Of a stretch of 64,000 nucleotides of DNA, positions 25,767-37,727 are shown one piece after another; position 1 is the first letter of the stretch, and the number at the start of each line of letters is the position of its first letter. Made by a program: the position numbers and the translations under genes. The DNA is from Squalus acanthias (taxonomy: Eukaryota). The stretch covers positions 156,304,001-156,368,000 of the forward strand of contig CM059431.1 in NCBI GenBank assembly GCA_030390025.1, written 5' to 3'. A model generated the notes under the pieces. It had not been told where the DNA came from. It worked only from the letters and a program-made list of their open reading frames with translations, and did not search any database.

Positions 25767-28717
25767 TCATGTCCAAATTCCTGCCCGCTCCCCGTAACCC
25801 TTAATGCCCTTTACTTCTAGGAAACTGTCTATTTCTGTTTTAAATTTAATTAATGTTGTAGCTTCTACAGCTTTTTGTGGCAGCATATTCCATGGACCTA
25901 CCACCCTCTGAGTGAAGTAGTTCTTCCTCATCTCAGTTTTGAAAGAGCAGCCCCTTATTCTAAGACTATGTCCCCTAGTTCTCGTCTCACCCGTCATCGG
26001 GAACATCCTCCCCGCATCCACCCGATCCAACCCCTTCACAATCTTATATGTTTCAATAAGATCGCCTCTCATTCTTCTGAACTCCAATGAGTAGAGTCCC
26101 AATCTACCCAACCTCTCCTCATATGACCACCCCCTCATCTCCGGGATTAACCGAGTGAACCTTTTTTGCACTGCCTCGAGAGCAAGGATGTCTTTCCTTA
26201 AGTAAGGACACCAAAACTGTATGCAGTATTCCAGGTGCGGTCTCACCAATACCTTGTACAACTGAAGCAATACCTCCCTATTTTTATATTCTATCCCCTT
26301 AGCAATGAAAGCCAACATTCCATTTGCCTTCTTAATCACTTGCTGCACCTGCATACTAACCTTTTGAGTTTCGTGCACCAGGACCCCCAGATCCCTTTGC
26401 ACTTCAGTACTCTCCAGTTTCTTGCCATTAAGATAATAAATTGCTCTAGGATTTTTCCTGCCAAAGTGCATCACCTCACACTTTCCAGTGCTGTATTCCA
26501 TCTGCCAAATCTCTGCCCACTTACTTAGCCTGTCTATGTCCCCTTGCAGGTTTTTTATGTCCTCCTCACTCACTACTTTCCCTCCCATCTTTGTATCATC
26601 TGCAAATTTTGATATGTTACACTTGGTCCCTTCCTCCAAATCGTTAATATAGATTGTGAAGAGTTGGGGACCCAGCACTGACCCCTGTGGAACACCACTA
26701 GTTACTGATTGCCAGTCTGAGAATGAACCATTTATCCCAACTCTTTGCTTTCTGTTAGATAGCCAATCCTCTATCCATGCCAGAATATTACCCCCAATCC
26801 CGTGATTTTTTACCTTAAGCAATAATCTTTTGTGTGGCACCTTGTCAAATGCCTTTTGGAAGTCTAAATACACTACGTCCACTGGTTCCCCTTTATCCAC
26901 TCTATATGTTACTTCCTCAAAGAACTCCAGCAAATTTGTCAAACATGACTTCCCCTTCGTAAAACCATGCTGACTTTGTCCTATTAAATTATGATTATCC
27001 AAATGTCTTGTTACTGTTTCCTTAATAATGGACTCCAAAATTTTACCTACCACAGATGTTAGGCTAACCGGTCTATAGTTACCAGCCTTCTGTCTACTGC
27101 CCTTTTTAAATAAGGGTGTTACATTAGCAGTTTTCCAGTCTGCCGGGACCTTAGCGGAATCCAGGGAGTTTTGAAAAATTATTACCAATGCATCTACAAT
27201 CCCTACCGCCACTTCCTTCAAGACTCTAGGATGTAAGCCATCAGGTCCAGGTGATTTATCCGCCTTGAGTCCCATTATTTTACCGAGTACCACTTCCTTA
27301 GTGATTTTGATCGTGTTTAGCTCCTCTCCCCCTATAGCCCCCTGTTTGTCCAGTGTTGGGATATTCTTAGTGTCCTCTACTGTAAAGACTGATACAAAAT
27401 ATTCATTCAGTGTTTTTGCCATCTCCATATTTCCCACCATTAATTTCCCGGTCTCATCCTCTAAGGGACCAACATTTACTTTAGCCACCCTTTTTCTTTT
27501 TATATAACTATAAAAACTCTTACTATCTGTTTTTATATTTTTTGCTAATTTACTTTCATAATCTATCTTCCCTTTCTTAATCAATCTTTTTGTTATTTTT
27601 TGCTGCCTTTTAAAGTTTTCCCAATCCTCTGTCCTCCCACTAGATTTCGCTACCTTATATGCCCTTGTTTTTAGTCGAATACTATCCTTAATTTCTTTAC
27701 TTAGCCACGGATGACTGTCCTTTCTTTTACACCCTTTTCTTTTCAGTGGAATATATTTTTTTGGAAGTTGTAAAATAACTCCTTGAATGTACACCACTGA
27801 TCATGTGTCGTCTTACCCTTTAATCTATTTTCCCAATCCACTCTACTCAATTCCGCTCGCATACCTTCATAGTCTCCTTTATTCAAGCTTAGCACGCTTG
27901 TTTGAGATCCAACCTTCTCACCCTCTAATTGAATATGGAATTCAACCATGTTATGGTCACTCATTCCAAGGGGATCCTTTACTAGGACATTTTTAATTAA
28001 TCCTGTCTCGTTACACAGGACCAGATCTAAGGTTGCTTGCCCCCTGGTCGGTTCAGTTACATACTGCTCAAGAAACCCATCCCTAATACACTCAATGAAC
28101 TCATCCTCAAGGCAGCCCTGCCCCATTTGATTTGTCCAATTAATATGATAGTTAAAATCCCCCATAATTATAGATGTTCCCTTATTACATGCCTCAACTA
28201 TTTCCTGATTGATACTCCGTCCAATAGAGTTGCAACTGTTCGGAGGCCTATAGACTACGCCCACTAATGTTTTTTTCCCCTTATTATTCCTTATCTCCAC
28301 CCAAACTGTTTCATTATCATGATTTTTTGACCCAATATCATTACTCTGTATTACAGTGATTCCTTCCTTTATTAACATAGCCACCCCACCTCCCCTTCCT
28401 TCCTGCCTGTCCTTCCTGATCGTTAAATAACCTGGTATGTTTAATTCCCAGGCATTGTCACCCTGCAGCCATGTTTCTGTAATGGCCACAATATCATAAC
28501 CATATGTAGTTATTTGTGCCATTAACTCGTCTATTTTGTTACGAATGCTACGTGCATTCAGATAGAGAACTTTCAAATATGCTTTGTGGCACTTAGTTCC
28601 TGCTTTTTCACTTTTTACCAGTTTACCTTTTACTCCACACACTCTGTCCCTTCCTGCCACGCTCTGATTTGTGATTCCCCTACTGCTACCTATGTCTATG
28701 ACCCTCTCTGTTGTCAT
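25767..28717 (-). CDS. CR1 ORF2 (APE endonuclease + RT), one frameshift at 27756-27762
   Basis: YLNARSI, ITETW, GDFN, SDHN; NYRPVSL, QHGF, YLDFQKAFD, GVPQGSVLGP, FADD. Confidence 0.93.
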
Positions 28718-28755
28718 TTTTATTTTTTGCTCTCTTGAAACCTCCCCCCCACTAA

Positions 28756-29468
28756 TTAGTTTAAAGCCCTCTCCACAGCCCTAGTTATTCGATTTGCCAG
28801 GACACTAGTCCCAGCACTGGCCAAGTGAAGTCTGTCCCAACGGAACAGCTCTCTCCTGCCCCAGTACTGGTGCCAGTGTCCCAAGAAGCAAAACCCATTT
28901 TTCCCACACCAGTCTTTGAGCCACGCATTCAACTCCCTGATTTTATTTACCCTAGCCAAATTTGCTCGTGGCTCAGGTAGTAATCCAGAGATTATTACCC
29001 TCGAGGTTCTGCTTTTTAATTTGGCCCCTAGCTGCTCAAACTCCCTCAGCAGAACCTCTTTCCTTGTCCTATCTATGTCATTGGTACCAACATGGACCAC
29101 TACAACTGGATCCTCCCCCTCCCACTCCAAGTTTCTCTCCAGCCCAGAGGAGATGTCCTTAACCCTGGCACCGGGCAGGCAACACAGCCTTCGGGACTCT
29201 CGCTCTTGGCTGCAAAGAACCCTATCTATCCCCCTAATGATACTATCCCCTACCACTACAACATTTCTTTTTACTCCCCCCACTTGAATGGCCCCCCTTA
29301 CCACGGTGCTGTGGCCAGGTTGCTCATCCTCCCTGCAGTCCCCGCTCCTATCCACACAGGGAGTAAGAGCCTCGAACCTGTTGGACAAGAGCAAGGGCTG
29401 CGGCTCCTCCAACACTACCTCCTGGATCCCTGTACCTGCCTCACTCGTAGTCACACCTTCCTGTCCCT
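28756..29468 (-). CDS. CR1 ORF1 C-terminal part, SGNH esterase-like domain
   Basis: VVVVGDSIIR, CLPGARVKD, VHVGTND, DRLHL motifs. Confidence 0.9.
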
Positions 29469-29998
29469 GATAGTAGCTTTCCAAATGGAATTGTATAAAT
29501 ACTTAAAGGGGATAAATAAATAGGGCTCTGGGGAAAGAGCAGGGGAGTGTGCCTAATTGGATAGGTCATTCGAAAACCGGCACAGACACGATGGGCTGAA
29601 CGGCCTCCTTCTATAGTGTAAGATTCTTTGCATCTGTGAAATGGTTTATTTTTTCCCAATAGCGATATAATATATCATGAATAATGGGTAGTGGAGTATA
29701 TTTTACTGATTAATCCAGATTCCCGCCTGGTGCGAAGAGGGCGCTGGAATCGGATATATTTTTGACAACCTCAAACCTGATCTTTTTAATTGAGTATCAC
29801 AGCAGTTCGATGTATTACCCGAGCAGACACTCCGGTGCCGTCTCTTACGGTTCAATTTAGCAAAGCAGAGAGTGGAATGAGAATGTTCTCATTAATTGAA
29901 CGAATTCAGTCTATGTTGTTGCTTTTACCTAATATTATCCCAGAAGCCAATAAAAACGTAATTGCTGATAATGCTATTTAACGGTTTCGGTGAATTAC

Positions 29999-31712
29999 CT
30001 GAGTATTTTACATTTGTGCAGCACGGACTCCAGCTGATGGATGCCTTTATCTTGTATCCCCCAGGTATTGAGATTCAACTATTCTATCATTTCAACGGCC
30101 ATTAGTGCATTTGACAGAGCCGCACAGTCAGAAGGTTTAAGTGGACACTGTGTAAATTTCATTGTCTTTATCGGTATTATTGCGACCTTCATCAGTTCTA
30201 TGTCTCCAACTTCAAGAAAATAATGCAATATCTGTAAGAATGTCCTTTGGCTTTGCCCATCTTCCAAGTTCGGAACACGTCTTTTGACATGTTGTGTGAG
30301 CCAATCCGACACACACGCGTTTGCTTCAGAAGGAAATTCCCCCAATTTTCTTTCAAGCTGATCTGTTGAATTCCGTGAGGAGAGACCGACAAGAAAACGT
30401 GAAAATATGTTGAACCTCTCGTCAGTGCACGTGCACACTTCTTTGAGCAAACGTGTCAGTCCATTTCCTGGTGTGCTCAGTATTTTCATCAGTGCAGCGA
30501 CAAATTCCTGCACGACGGAGTGAGTGAATGTGTAGACAGCACTGCACAGACCTTCGTCCCGAATCTCAATCATAAACGCAGAGATAAGATTGGAAAGTTC
30601 GAGATGATTTAATTTTTCGGTTTTAAAGTCAACGGTTTTCTTACAAATACCCTCGTAGGCAAAAGTGCCCAGTTTCAGCAACATGTCGCGAGAGGTTTCC
30701 ACGTCACATCCGCATCCCTCTAAAAGGATTTTGATGTACGCGCAGAACACCTGTCTGCTGGTTAGGACTGACAATGGTCTCTCCCGCGATCCTTGTGCCC
30801 GGTGTGACTCTAATAATGAAGCGAGAACCGAGCAGTACAGAGTATTATAGCACATGGTGTAGAGTGTGTCATTCTGCTGAATGCACTCGATTACATCTGT
30901 CGCAAACTGTTCATCTCCAAAATAACGGCGAAAATATTGTTTTATGTTCTCAGAGGTGAAACCCAGGATTTCGAACCTTTGAATGATTTTAGGCTTTACC
31001 AGAGACTCCAGTTTCCAAGGACGGCTTGTGATCAGCACTGAGCAGCCTTGGAGCAGCTCTCCCTGGATGAGGCAGCGCACGATGTCTGACACATCACAGC
31101 AGCACTCGGGATCGAAAAATTAATTTTGGGGGTCGTTGTTTCTCTGAATATCTGTGAAATCAATGGTTTGCCGGAATTCATTTAAATCATCAAATATAAA
31201 CGATATCTTTCCGGATTCTTTCCATAAATGTTCCAATTGAGTTTCGAAATAGGGGTATGAATCCAGGATCAGGCTATTCAGACATGTTTTTCCTTTTATC
31301 AAATTCAATTGTTGAACCTTAAAAGGAAAGACAACTTTAAACTGTTGGTATATTTTCCCTGCGGCCCAGTCACTGATTATCTTCTGTATCATGGTGCTTT
31401 TCCCAGTCCCTGCGGCCCCAATTACCGCAGTAGTACCCGTCCTGCCTGTTTTAGCGATACTGAGCAACTGATACAGCTGAATCACTTTCAGTTCATTCAC
31501 GATGTTTTTCCTCTGTAATTCTGCACGCTCTCTACCTCGGGACTTTAGTTCATTTTCTACCAATCTCCGCTCACGCAGGGGAGCAACAATCGTTACATTA
31601 GTGTATTTATTATGCAGGAGAAATCTTCGAGATCTTTCTTTTCCTCCAGTGGTTTTGACTGTTATTTTCTGGTTCTGTTTGCGGAGAGTGTCTTTGTGCT
31701 GTTGTTGTATCT
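29999..31712 (-). CDS. NLR NACHT exon (1714 nt; two in-frame stops)
   Basis: Acceptor ttcatattcaag|AG ATA CAA (IQQQHKDTLR...); ORFs 31120-31563 and 30079-31092 share a frame; ends LESVLHKCKILR|gtaatt. Confidence 0.88.
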
Positions 31713-32035
31713 CTTGAATATGAACAACGTCATTGGTGCAGTCATTGTAATTCAGGAGCCAAAATATTTAATAGGTCAGTGCTATGAAGGAGAAACTAAT
31801 CGTCAAGAAATATAAAATATATCTAAAATATCTCAGCAATTAGTGATCCCTTAATTATTTTACACTTTATTGCCAAGACACTCACAGAATTAAAAAAAAT
31901 AGCATTTCCGAAGTGCCATGAAAATGTAGCATAAAGCAAGATTGAGGATTGTGGGCCGTTTGCTGTTGGATTTTCAGCTTCTGGCAATGAAGATTTCTAA
32001 ACTTCGATATAAATTGCAAAAAAAGTAAATCTTGG

Positions 32036-32420
32036 TAAATTCTGGTATTTTATATTCACAGTTCAACATGGGTTATGAACGACTCCTTGGTTCCTGGTGT
32101 AACAAACGGTGTTGGCGAACCACGGGTCCGGACAGAAAAGGAGTTCCTTCATTATAATCTAACCCCGGGAATTCCATTTGTCCTGATTCTGCTGCTCAAT
32201 GCTTTAACCGTCAGACACATTTTAGTGGCCAGCGGAGCCCGCAGGAGACTCCGGCGGCAGAGCAGTGGGGAGAATCGCAGAGACCCAGAGATGGAGAAGC
32301 GAAGAAAATCCATCATTTTGCTGTTTGTTATGTCGAGAAATTTTATATTGTGATGGCTTTTATGGTGTATAATATTTGGTGGCGAAAGTGGCTTATTCAA
32401 TATCAGTCTATATTATTACT
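32036..32420 (+). pseudogene. GPR139-like rhodopsin-class GPCR fragment (about end of TM4 to TM6), disrupted
   Basis: FWYFIFT..PWF, then EFLHYNLTPGIPFVLILLLNALTVRHILVASGARRRLRRQSSGENRRDPEMEKRRKSIILLFVMSRNFIL; stops/frameshift; other TMs absent. Confidence 0.78.
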
Positions 32421-32654
32421 TAGTTTATTTTACAAGATGTTTGCTAGTCTCTTCTATATATATCTGCACACACACAATACTATTTACATATATATATACA
32501 TTAAATACAGATGTAAACATACATTAGTATCAAAATATGAATTTACCATATTTTTGAGGTGCAATGGAGATTTCTGACACCCACAAACACTAGTAATGTG
32601 CATGTGGAAACCTCCGCTCCCAATAGCTAAACGCATTATGACCACAGCAGGACA

Positions 32655-33045
32655 GAAACGGCGCGCCGTGGCTGCAGTGTGTACCATCTGCAAGATGCAC
32701 TGCGGCAAATCGTTGAGGCTTCATCGACATCACCTCCTTAAAACGCGACCTTTACCACTTGGAAGGGCAAGGGCTGCAGGCGCATGGGAACACCATCACT
32801 TCCAAGTTCCCCTCCAAGTCACACACCTTCCTCATTTAGAAGTATATGGCCGAAACTTTTTCGTCGCTGGGTCAAATTCCTGGCACTCACTAACTAACAG
32901 AATTAACCGAACAGAGTACCTCCACCACACGGACTGCAGCGGTTCAAGAAAGCGGCTCACCACCACCTTCTCAAGGGTAATTAGGGATGGGCATTAAATT
33001 CGGGCCTTGCCAGCGACGCCCACATCCCTTGAATGAATAAAATAT
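32655..33045 (+). mobile_element. 3' end of the L2/CR1-group LINE with complete tail
   Basis: VAAVCTICKMHC matches ~2536-2570; tail caagggtaattagggatgggca..gccagcgacgcccacatcccttgaatgaataaaa. Confidence 0.85.
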
Positions 33046-33099
33046 ATATTTATATTGAAGCGCAGGTCCAGACAATTAACATATAACTGTTTTCGAAGA

Positions 33100-33383
33100 T
33101 GATCTGTGGTTTCAGGTTATATTTCACAGTGTATGACGATCATGCCAGGTATGTCTGGGGTTTAACAGTGTATCATGATACTGACTGGCGTTTATGGGGT
33201 TTCAACGTACATCCGGATCTTGCAAGGATGTATGCGGTTTCACAATATATCGGAATATGCCAGGTGCGTGTGGGCTTTCAAAGCCTATTGGTAACCTTCC
33301 AGGAATGTATAGTGCTTTACGTTTTGTCGGGATCATATCAGCTATCTACTGGTTGAACAATGTATAAAAAAATTGCCAGTTGT
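33100..33383 (+). repeat. Degenerate ~39-bp minisatellite, left part
   Basis: Units like ggtttcacagtgtatcaggatcctgccaggtgtgtatg. Confidence 0.75.
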
Positions 33384-33429
33384 CATAGAGTGATTTGGCA
33401 CAGAAGGAGGCCATGCGGCCCATCGAGTC

Positions 33430-36400
33430 CATAGATACATAGAAGATAGGAGCAGGAGTAGGCCAACCGGCCCTTCGAGCCTGCTCCGCCATTTAAGGAG
33501 ATCATGGCTGATCCTCCAATTCAGTATCCCGTCCCCGCCTTCTCTCCGTAACCCTTAACCCCTTTTGCCTGTAGAAATATATCTAATTCCCTCTTAAATA
33601 TATTTAATGAGCTGGCGTACACTGCCCTCTGTGGCAATGAGTTCCACAGGTTCACCACCCTCTGAGTGAAGAAATTCCCCCTCATTTCTGTCCTAAATGC
33701 CCTTATCCTTAAATTATGTCCTCTAGTTCTGTTCTCACCCGCCAAGGGAAACATTCCTTCTGCAACTAGTCTGTCTAGACCTGTCAGAATTTTATACACT
33801 TCTATGAGGTCCCCTCTCAATCTTCTAAACTCCAGTGTGTACATCCCTAAACTACATAGTCTCTCCTCATAGGTCAATCCCGCCATTCCTGGTATCAGCC
33901 TGGTGAATCGCCGCTGCACCCCCTCCATGGCAAGAACATCTTTCCTCAGATGAGGCGACCAAAACTGTACACAGTACTCGAGGTGTGGTCTCACCAGTGC
34001 CCTGTACAGCTGCAGCAAGGTATCCCTGTTCCTGTATTCCAACCCTTTTGCTATGAAGGCCAGCATACCGTTTGCCTTCTTGACCGCCTGTTGCACCTGC
34101 ATGCTCGCCTTCAGTGACTGGTGTACAAGAACACCCAGGTCTCTCTGTACTTCCCCCTCTCCCAATTTATTGCCATTTAAATAATAATTTGCCCTCCCGT
34201 TCCTGCACCCAAGGTGGATAACTTCGCACTTGTCCACATTATAGTGCATCTGCCATTTATCCGCTCAACCACCCAGTCTGTCCAAATCGCTCTGGAGCTT
34301 CCTGGTCTCCTCCTCTGAGCCCACCCCCTCTCCTAGTTTAGTGTCGTCTGCAAATTTGGAAATGCTGCATCCGACTCCCTGATCCAGGTCATTAATGTAA
34401 ATTGTGAACAGCTGGGGACCCAGGACAGATCCCTGTGGTACCCCACTTGTTACTGCCTGCCATTCAGAAAATGAGCCGTTTATTCCAACTCTCTGTTTTC
34501 TATCTGACAGTCAGTTCTCTATCCACGTCAATACTTTCCCCTTTATCCCATGAGCTTCAATTTTCCATGCTAATCTTTTATGTGGGACCTTATCGAAGGC
34601 CTTTTGGAAGTCCAGGTACACCACATCTACTGGCTCTCCCCCATCTATTTTACCAGTTACTCCCTCAAAAAATTCCAATAGATTAGTCAAGCACGATTTA
34701 CCCTTTGTAAATCCATGTTGACTCTGTCCTATCCTGTCCCCATTTGCTATGTGCTCCGCTATTTCATCCTTAATGATGGACTCCAGCATTTTGCCCACAA
34801 CTGATGTAAGGCTTACAGGTCTGTAATGACCTGCTTTTTCCCTACCCCCCTTTTTGAATAGTGGGGTAACGTTAGCTATCCTCCAATCCATGGGCACTGT
34901 TCCCGAGTCTAATGAATTCTGAAAAATCATACTTAGTGCATCCGCTATCTCTAGGGCCACCTCCTTCAGTACCCTAGGATGCATGTTATCAGGCCCTGGG
35001 GATTTGTCCGCCTTCAATCCCTTTAGCTTCCTTAACACCATATCCTTAGAGATATTGATTTGCGTCAGTTCCTCCTTTGCCAATGTCCCTATTTTGCCCG
35101 ATATCCCAGGGAGGTTTTTTGTGTCTTCCTTCGTAAAGACTGACCCAAAGTATGCATTTAGTTGGTCTGCCATTTCCTTATTTCCCGTTATATATTCCCC
35201 CGTATCTGACTGCAATGGACCAACTTTGGTTTTCACCAGTCTTTTCCTCTTGATATACTTATAAAAGCTTTTGGAGTTAGTTTTTATATTTTCCGCCAGC
35301 TTGCTTTCGTAAGCTATTTTGCCCCTCTTGATTAAGCCCTTTATCCTCCTTTGCTCTATCTTAAACTGTTCCCAATCTTCCGCTCTGGCGCTTTTTTTGG
35401 CTATTTTATACGCCCTATCTTTGGATTTTATGCTGTCTCTAATTTCCCCTGTTATCCACGGTTGAGTCACCTTTTTAGATTTCCTTTTATGCCAGATTGG
35501 TATAAACAATTTTTGCAATTTTGTCATTCTATCTTTAAATGCTTGCCATTGTTTATCTACCTCCAGTCCTCCCAGGAACGTTGTCCAATCAGACCTACTC
35601 AGTTCCCGTCTAATGGCATCATAATTCCCCTTGTTTAAATTCAGGACCTTAGTCTCTGAGTCAATTTCTTCGCTCTCCATTTCGAGTGAGAAATCGATCA
35701 TGTTATGATCACTCTGACCCAAGGGTCCCCGTACAACAAGATTACTAATTAGTCCCTTCTCATTGCACAGTACCCAGTCCAATATAGCCTGTTCCCGAGT
35801 TGGTTCCTCGACATATTGATCCAGATAACCATCCCTTAAACACTCAAGGAATTCCTCCTCCTCATTATTTTTACTGATTAGGCTAGCCCAATCTATATGT
35901 AAGTTAAAGTCACCTATGATGACAGCTGTGCTCTTATTGCACGCTTCTCTAATTTCCCTCGTGATGCCCTCCCCAACCTCTATTTTACTATTTGGAGGCC
36001 TATATACCACTCCTAATAATGTTTTTCACCCCTCGCTATTTCTTAGCTCCACCCATATAGATTCTGTATTAACTGAGTTAATATCCTTCCTTTCAATTGC
36101 ATTTATCCCCTCTTTTACCAGCAATGCTACCCCTCCTCCCTTTCTTTTTTGTCGATCCTTCCTAAATACTGAATACCCCTGTATGTTAAGCTCCCAGCCC
36201 TGCTCACCCTGCAACCATGTTTCCGTAATCCCAATTAGATCATAATTATTAACCTCTATTTCCACAGCTAATTCATCTACCTTGTTCCTGATGCTTCTCG
36301 CATTAAGGTATAAAACCCTCAGGCTTTTTTTATGCTCACATTTTTTATGAACTAGTTTGGCCCTTTGTTTTTTGTTCCTCACCCTTTTACCATTTATTTC

Positions 36401-37385
36401 TGTCTGCCTTTCACTTTCCTCTATTTCACTACATAGGTTTCTAGCCCCCTGCCATACTAGTTTAAATACTCCCGAACTGCTTTATCAAAAATTACCCCGA
36501 GAACATCAGTTCCATCTTTGCACAGGTGTAGACCGTCCCTTTTGTATAGGTCACACCTACCACAAAACTGGTTCCAATGCCTCAAAAATTTAAAACCCTC
36601 CCTCTTACACCACTGCTCAAGCCACGTATTTAGCCTAACTATCCTGTTCTCTGTACTCTTACTAGCACGTGGCACTGGTAGTAATCCAGAGATTACTACC
36701 TTCGAGGTCCTACTTTTTAGGTTGGCTCCTAACTCCCTAAATTCTACTTGTAGGACCTCTTCCCTTTTTTTAGCTACGTCGTTGGTACCAACATGTATCA
36801 CGACAACTGGCTGTTCCCCCTCCCCCTCCAGAATGTTCTGCACCCGCGCCGAGACATCCTTGACCCTTGCTCCAGGGAGGCAACATACCATCCTGGAGTC
36901 TCGGTCGCGACCACAGAAACCCCTATCTATTCCCTTTACAATTGAATCCCCTATTACTATAGCCCTGCCACTCTTTTTCCCTCCCTTCTTTGCAACAGAG
37001 CCAGTCATGGTGCCATGAGCCTGGCTGCTGGTGCCTTCCCCCGATGAGTCATCCCCCCCGACAACAGCACCTAAGGCGGTGAACCTGTTGCTAAGGGAGA
37101 CAACCCCAGGGGATTTCTGCACTACCTTCCTGCCCTTGCTCTGCCTTTTGGTCACCCATGTACTATCTACGCTGGCCTTAACCTGCGGTGCGACCAACTC
37201 ACTAAATGTGCTATCCACAACCCTCTCAGAATCGTGGATGCTCCAAAGTGAGTCCATCCGCAGCTCAAGGGCCGTCATGCGGTCCCACATGAGCTGCAGC
37301 TGGACACACTTCCCGCACACATGGTTGTCAGGGACACAGGAAGCGTCCCTGATTTCCCACATGTTACAGGAGGAGCATGACACAG
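33430..37385 (-). mobile_element. CR1 element B, near full length; ORF2 in one frame with three TGA stops
   Basis: ORFs 36026-36382, 34511-36010 and 33521-34249 share a frame; stops at 36026, 34511, 34265; tail catagatacataga. Confidence 0.93.
36457..37383 (-). CDS. CR1 ORF1 (Cys-rich N-terminus + SGNH esterase-like domain)
   Basis: CSSC..W...CGKC; IGDSIVKG, LPGARVKD, HVGTND, DGLHL. Confidence 0.9.
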   Translation of the reverse strand: MSCSSCNMWEIRDASCVPDNHVCGKCVQLQLMWDRMTALELRMDSLWSIHDSERVVDSTFSELVAPQVKASVDSTWVTKRQSKGRKVVQKSPGVVSLSNRFTALGAVVGGDDSSGEGTSSQAHGTMTGSVAKKGGKKSGRAIVIGDSIVKGIDRGFCGRDRDSRMVCCLPGARVKDVSARVQNILEGEGEQPVVVIHVGTNDVAKKREEVLQVEFRELGANLKSRTSKVVISGLLPVPRASKSTENRIVRLNTWLEQWCKREGFKFLRHWNQFCGRCDLYKRDGLHLCKDGTDVLGVIFDKAVREYLN

Positions 37386-37727
37386 GTCGGCTCTCTGTAG
37401 AGCAATCCAGTCAGTCCGGTTCCCCCGCTCTATCACCGGAGCCCTGCAAGTTTATTTCCCTCAAGTGACTATCCAGTCTCCCCTTGAACACATTGAGTGT
37501 CTGCTTCCACCACTTCCGTCGGCAGCGAATTCCACGTCATCAACACTCGCTGCGTCAAAAAGTTTTTCCTCACTTCACCTCTGTTTTTCTTCCGCAAAAC
37601 CTCAAATCTGTGTTCCCTAGTCCTTGTACCATGAACTAGTGGGAACAGCCTTTCCCCGTCTAGCCTAACCAAACCCGTCATAATAGGGTACACCTTTATC
37701 AAAGCACGCCTCAAACTGTTTTCTCTA

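Larger units (their letters stand above)
25529..29468 (-). mobile_element. Young near-intact CR1 LINE in the NLR intron (5'-truncated within ORF1)
   Basis: ORF1, EN and RT frames open except one frameshift; (ATAAGAAC)n tail at 25529. Confidence 0.95.
25423..29630 (+). mobile_element. Short CR1 3' fragment split by the young CR1 (pieces 25423-25528 and 29469-29630)
   Basis: ...gtggaagcagattc | atagtagctttccaaatggaattg... rejoin as a CR1 3' end; tail cacagacacgatgggctgaacggcctccttct. Confidence 0.75.
23863..31712 (-). pseudogene. NLR-family (FISNA-like/NACHT/LRR) immune receptor gene, probably pseudogenised; 5' exon(s) not in window
   Basis: Four phase-compatible GT-AG exons; Walker A GAAGTGKST, Walker B variant FIFDDLNE, VLITSRP, EILGF, YTFTHSVVQEF; RI-type LRRs; in-frame stops at 31120-31122, 30079-30081, 24678-24680. 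Confidence 0.88.

Noticed and set aside
29725..29750. CTCF-like motif (gaagagggcgct) and a GC-rich patch at ~22945-22970
   Set aside because: Only partial matches; cannot be supported without a PWM scan or ChIP data
34265..36028. All three stops in CR1 B are TGA, two from TGG, hinting at deaminase editing or readthrough
   Set aside because: Too few events; ordinary transitions, including probable CpG decay, explain them
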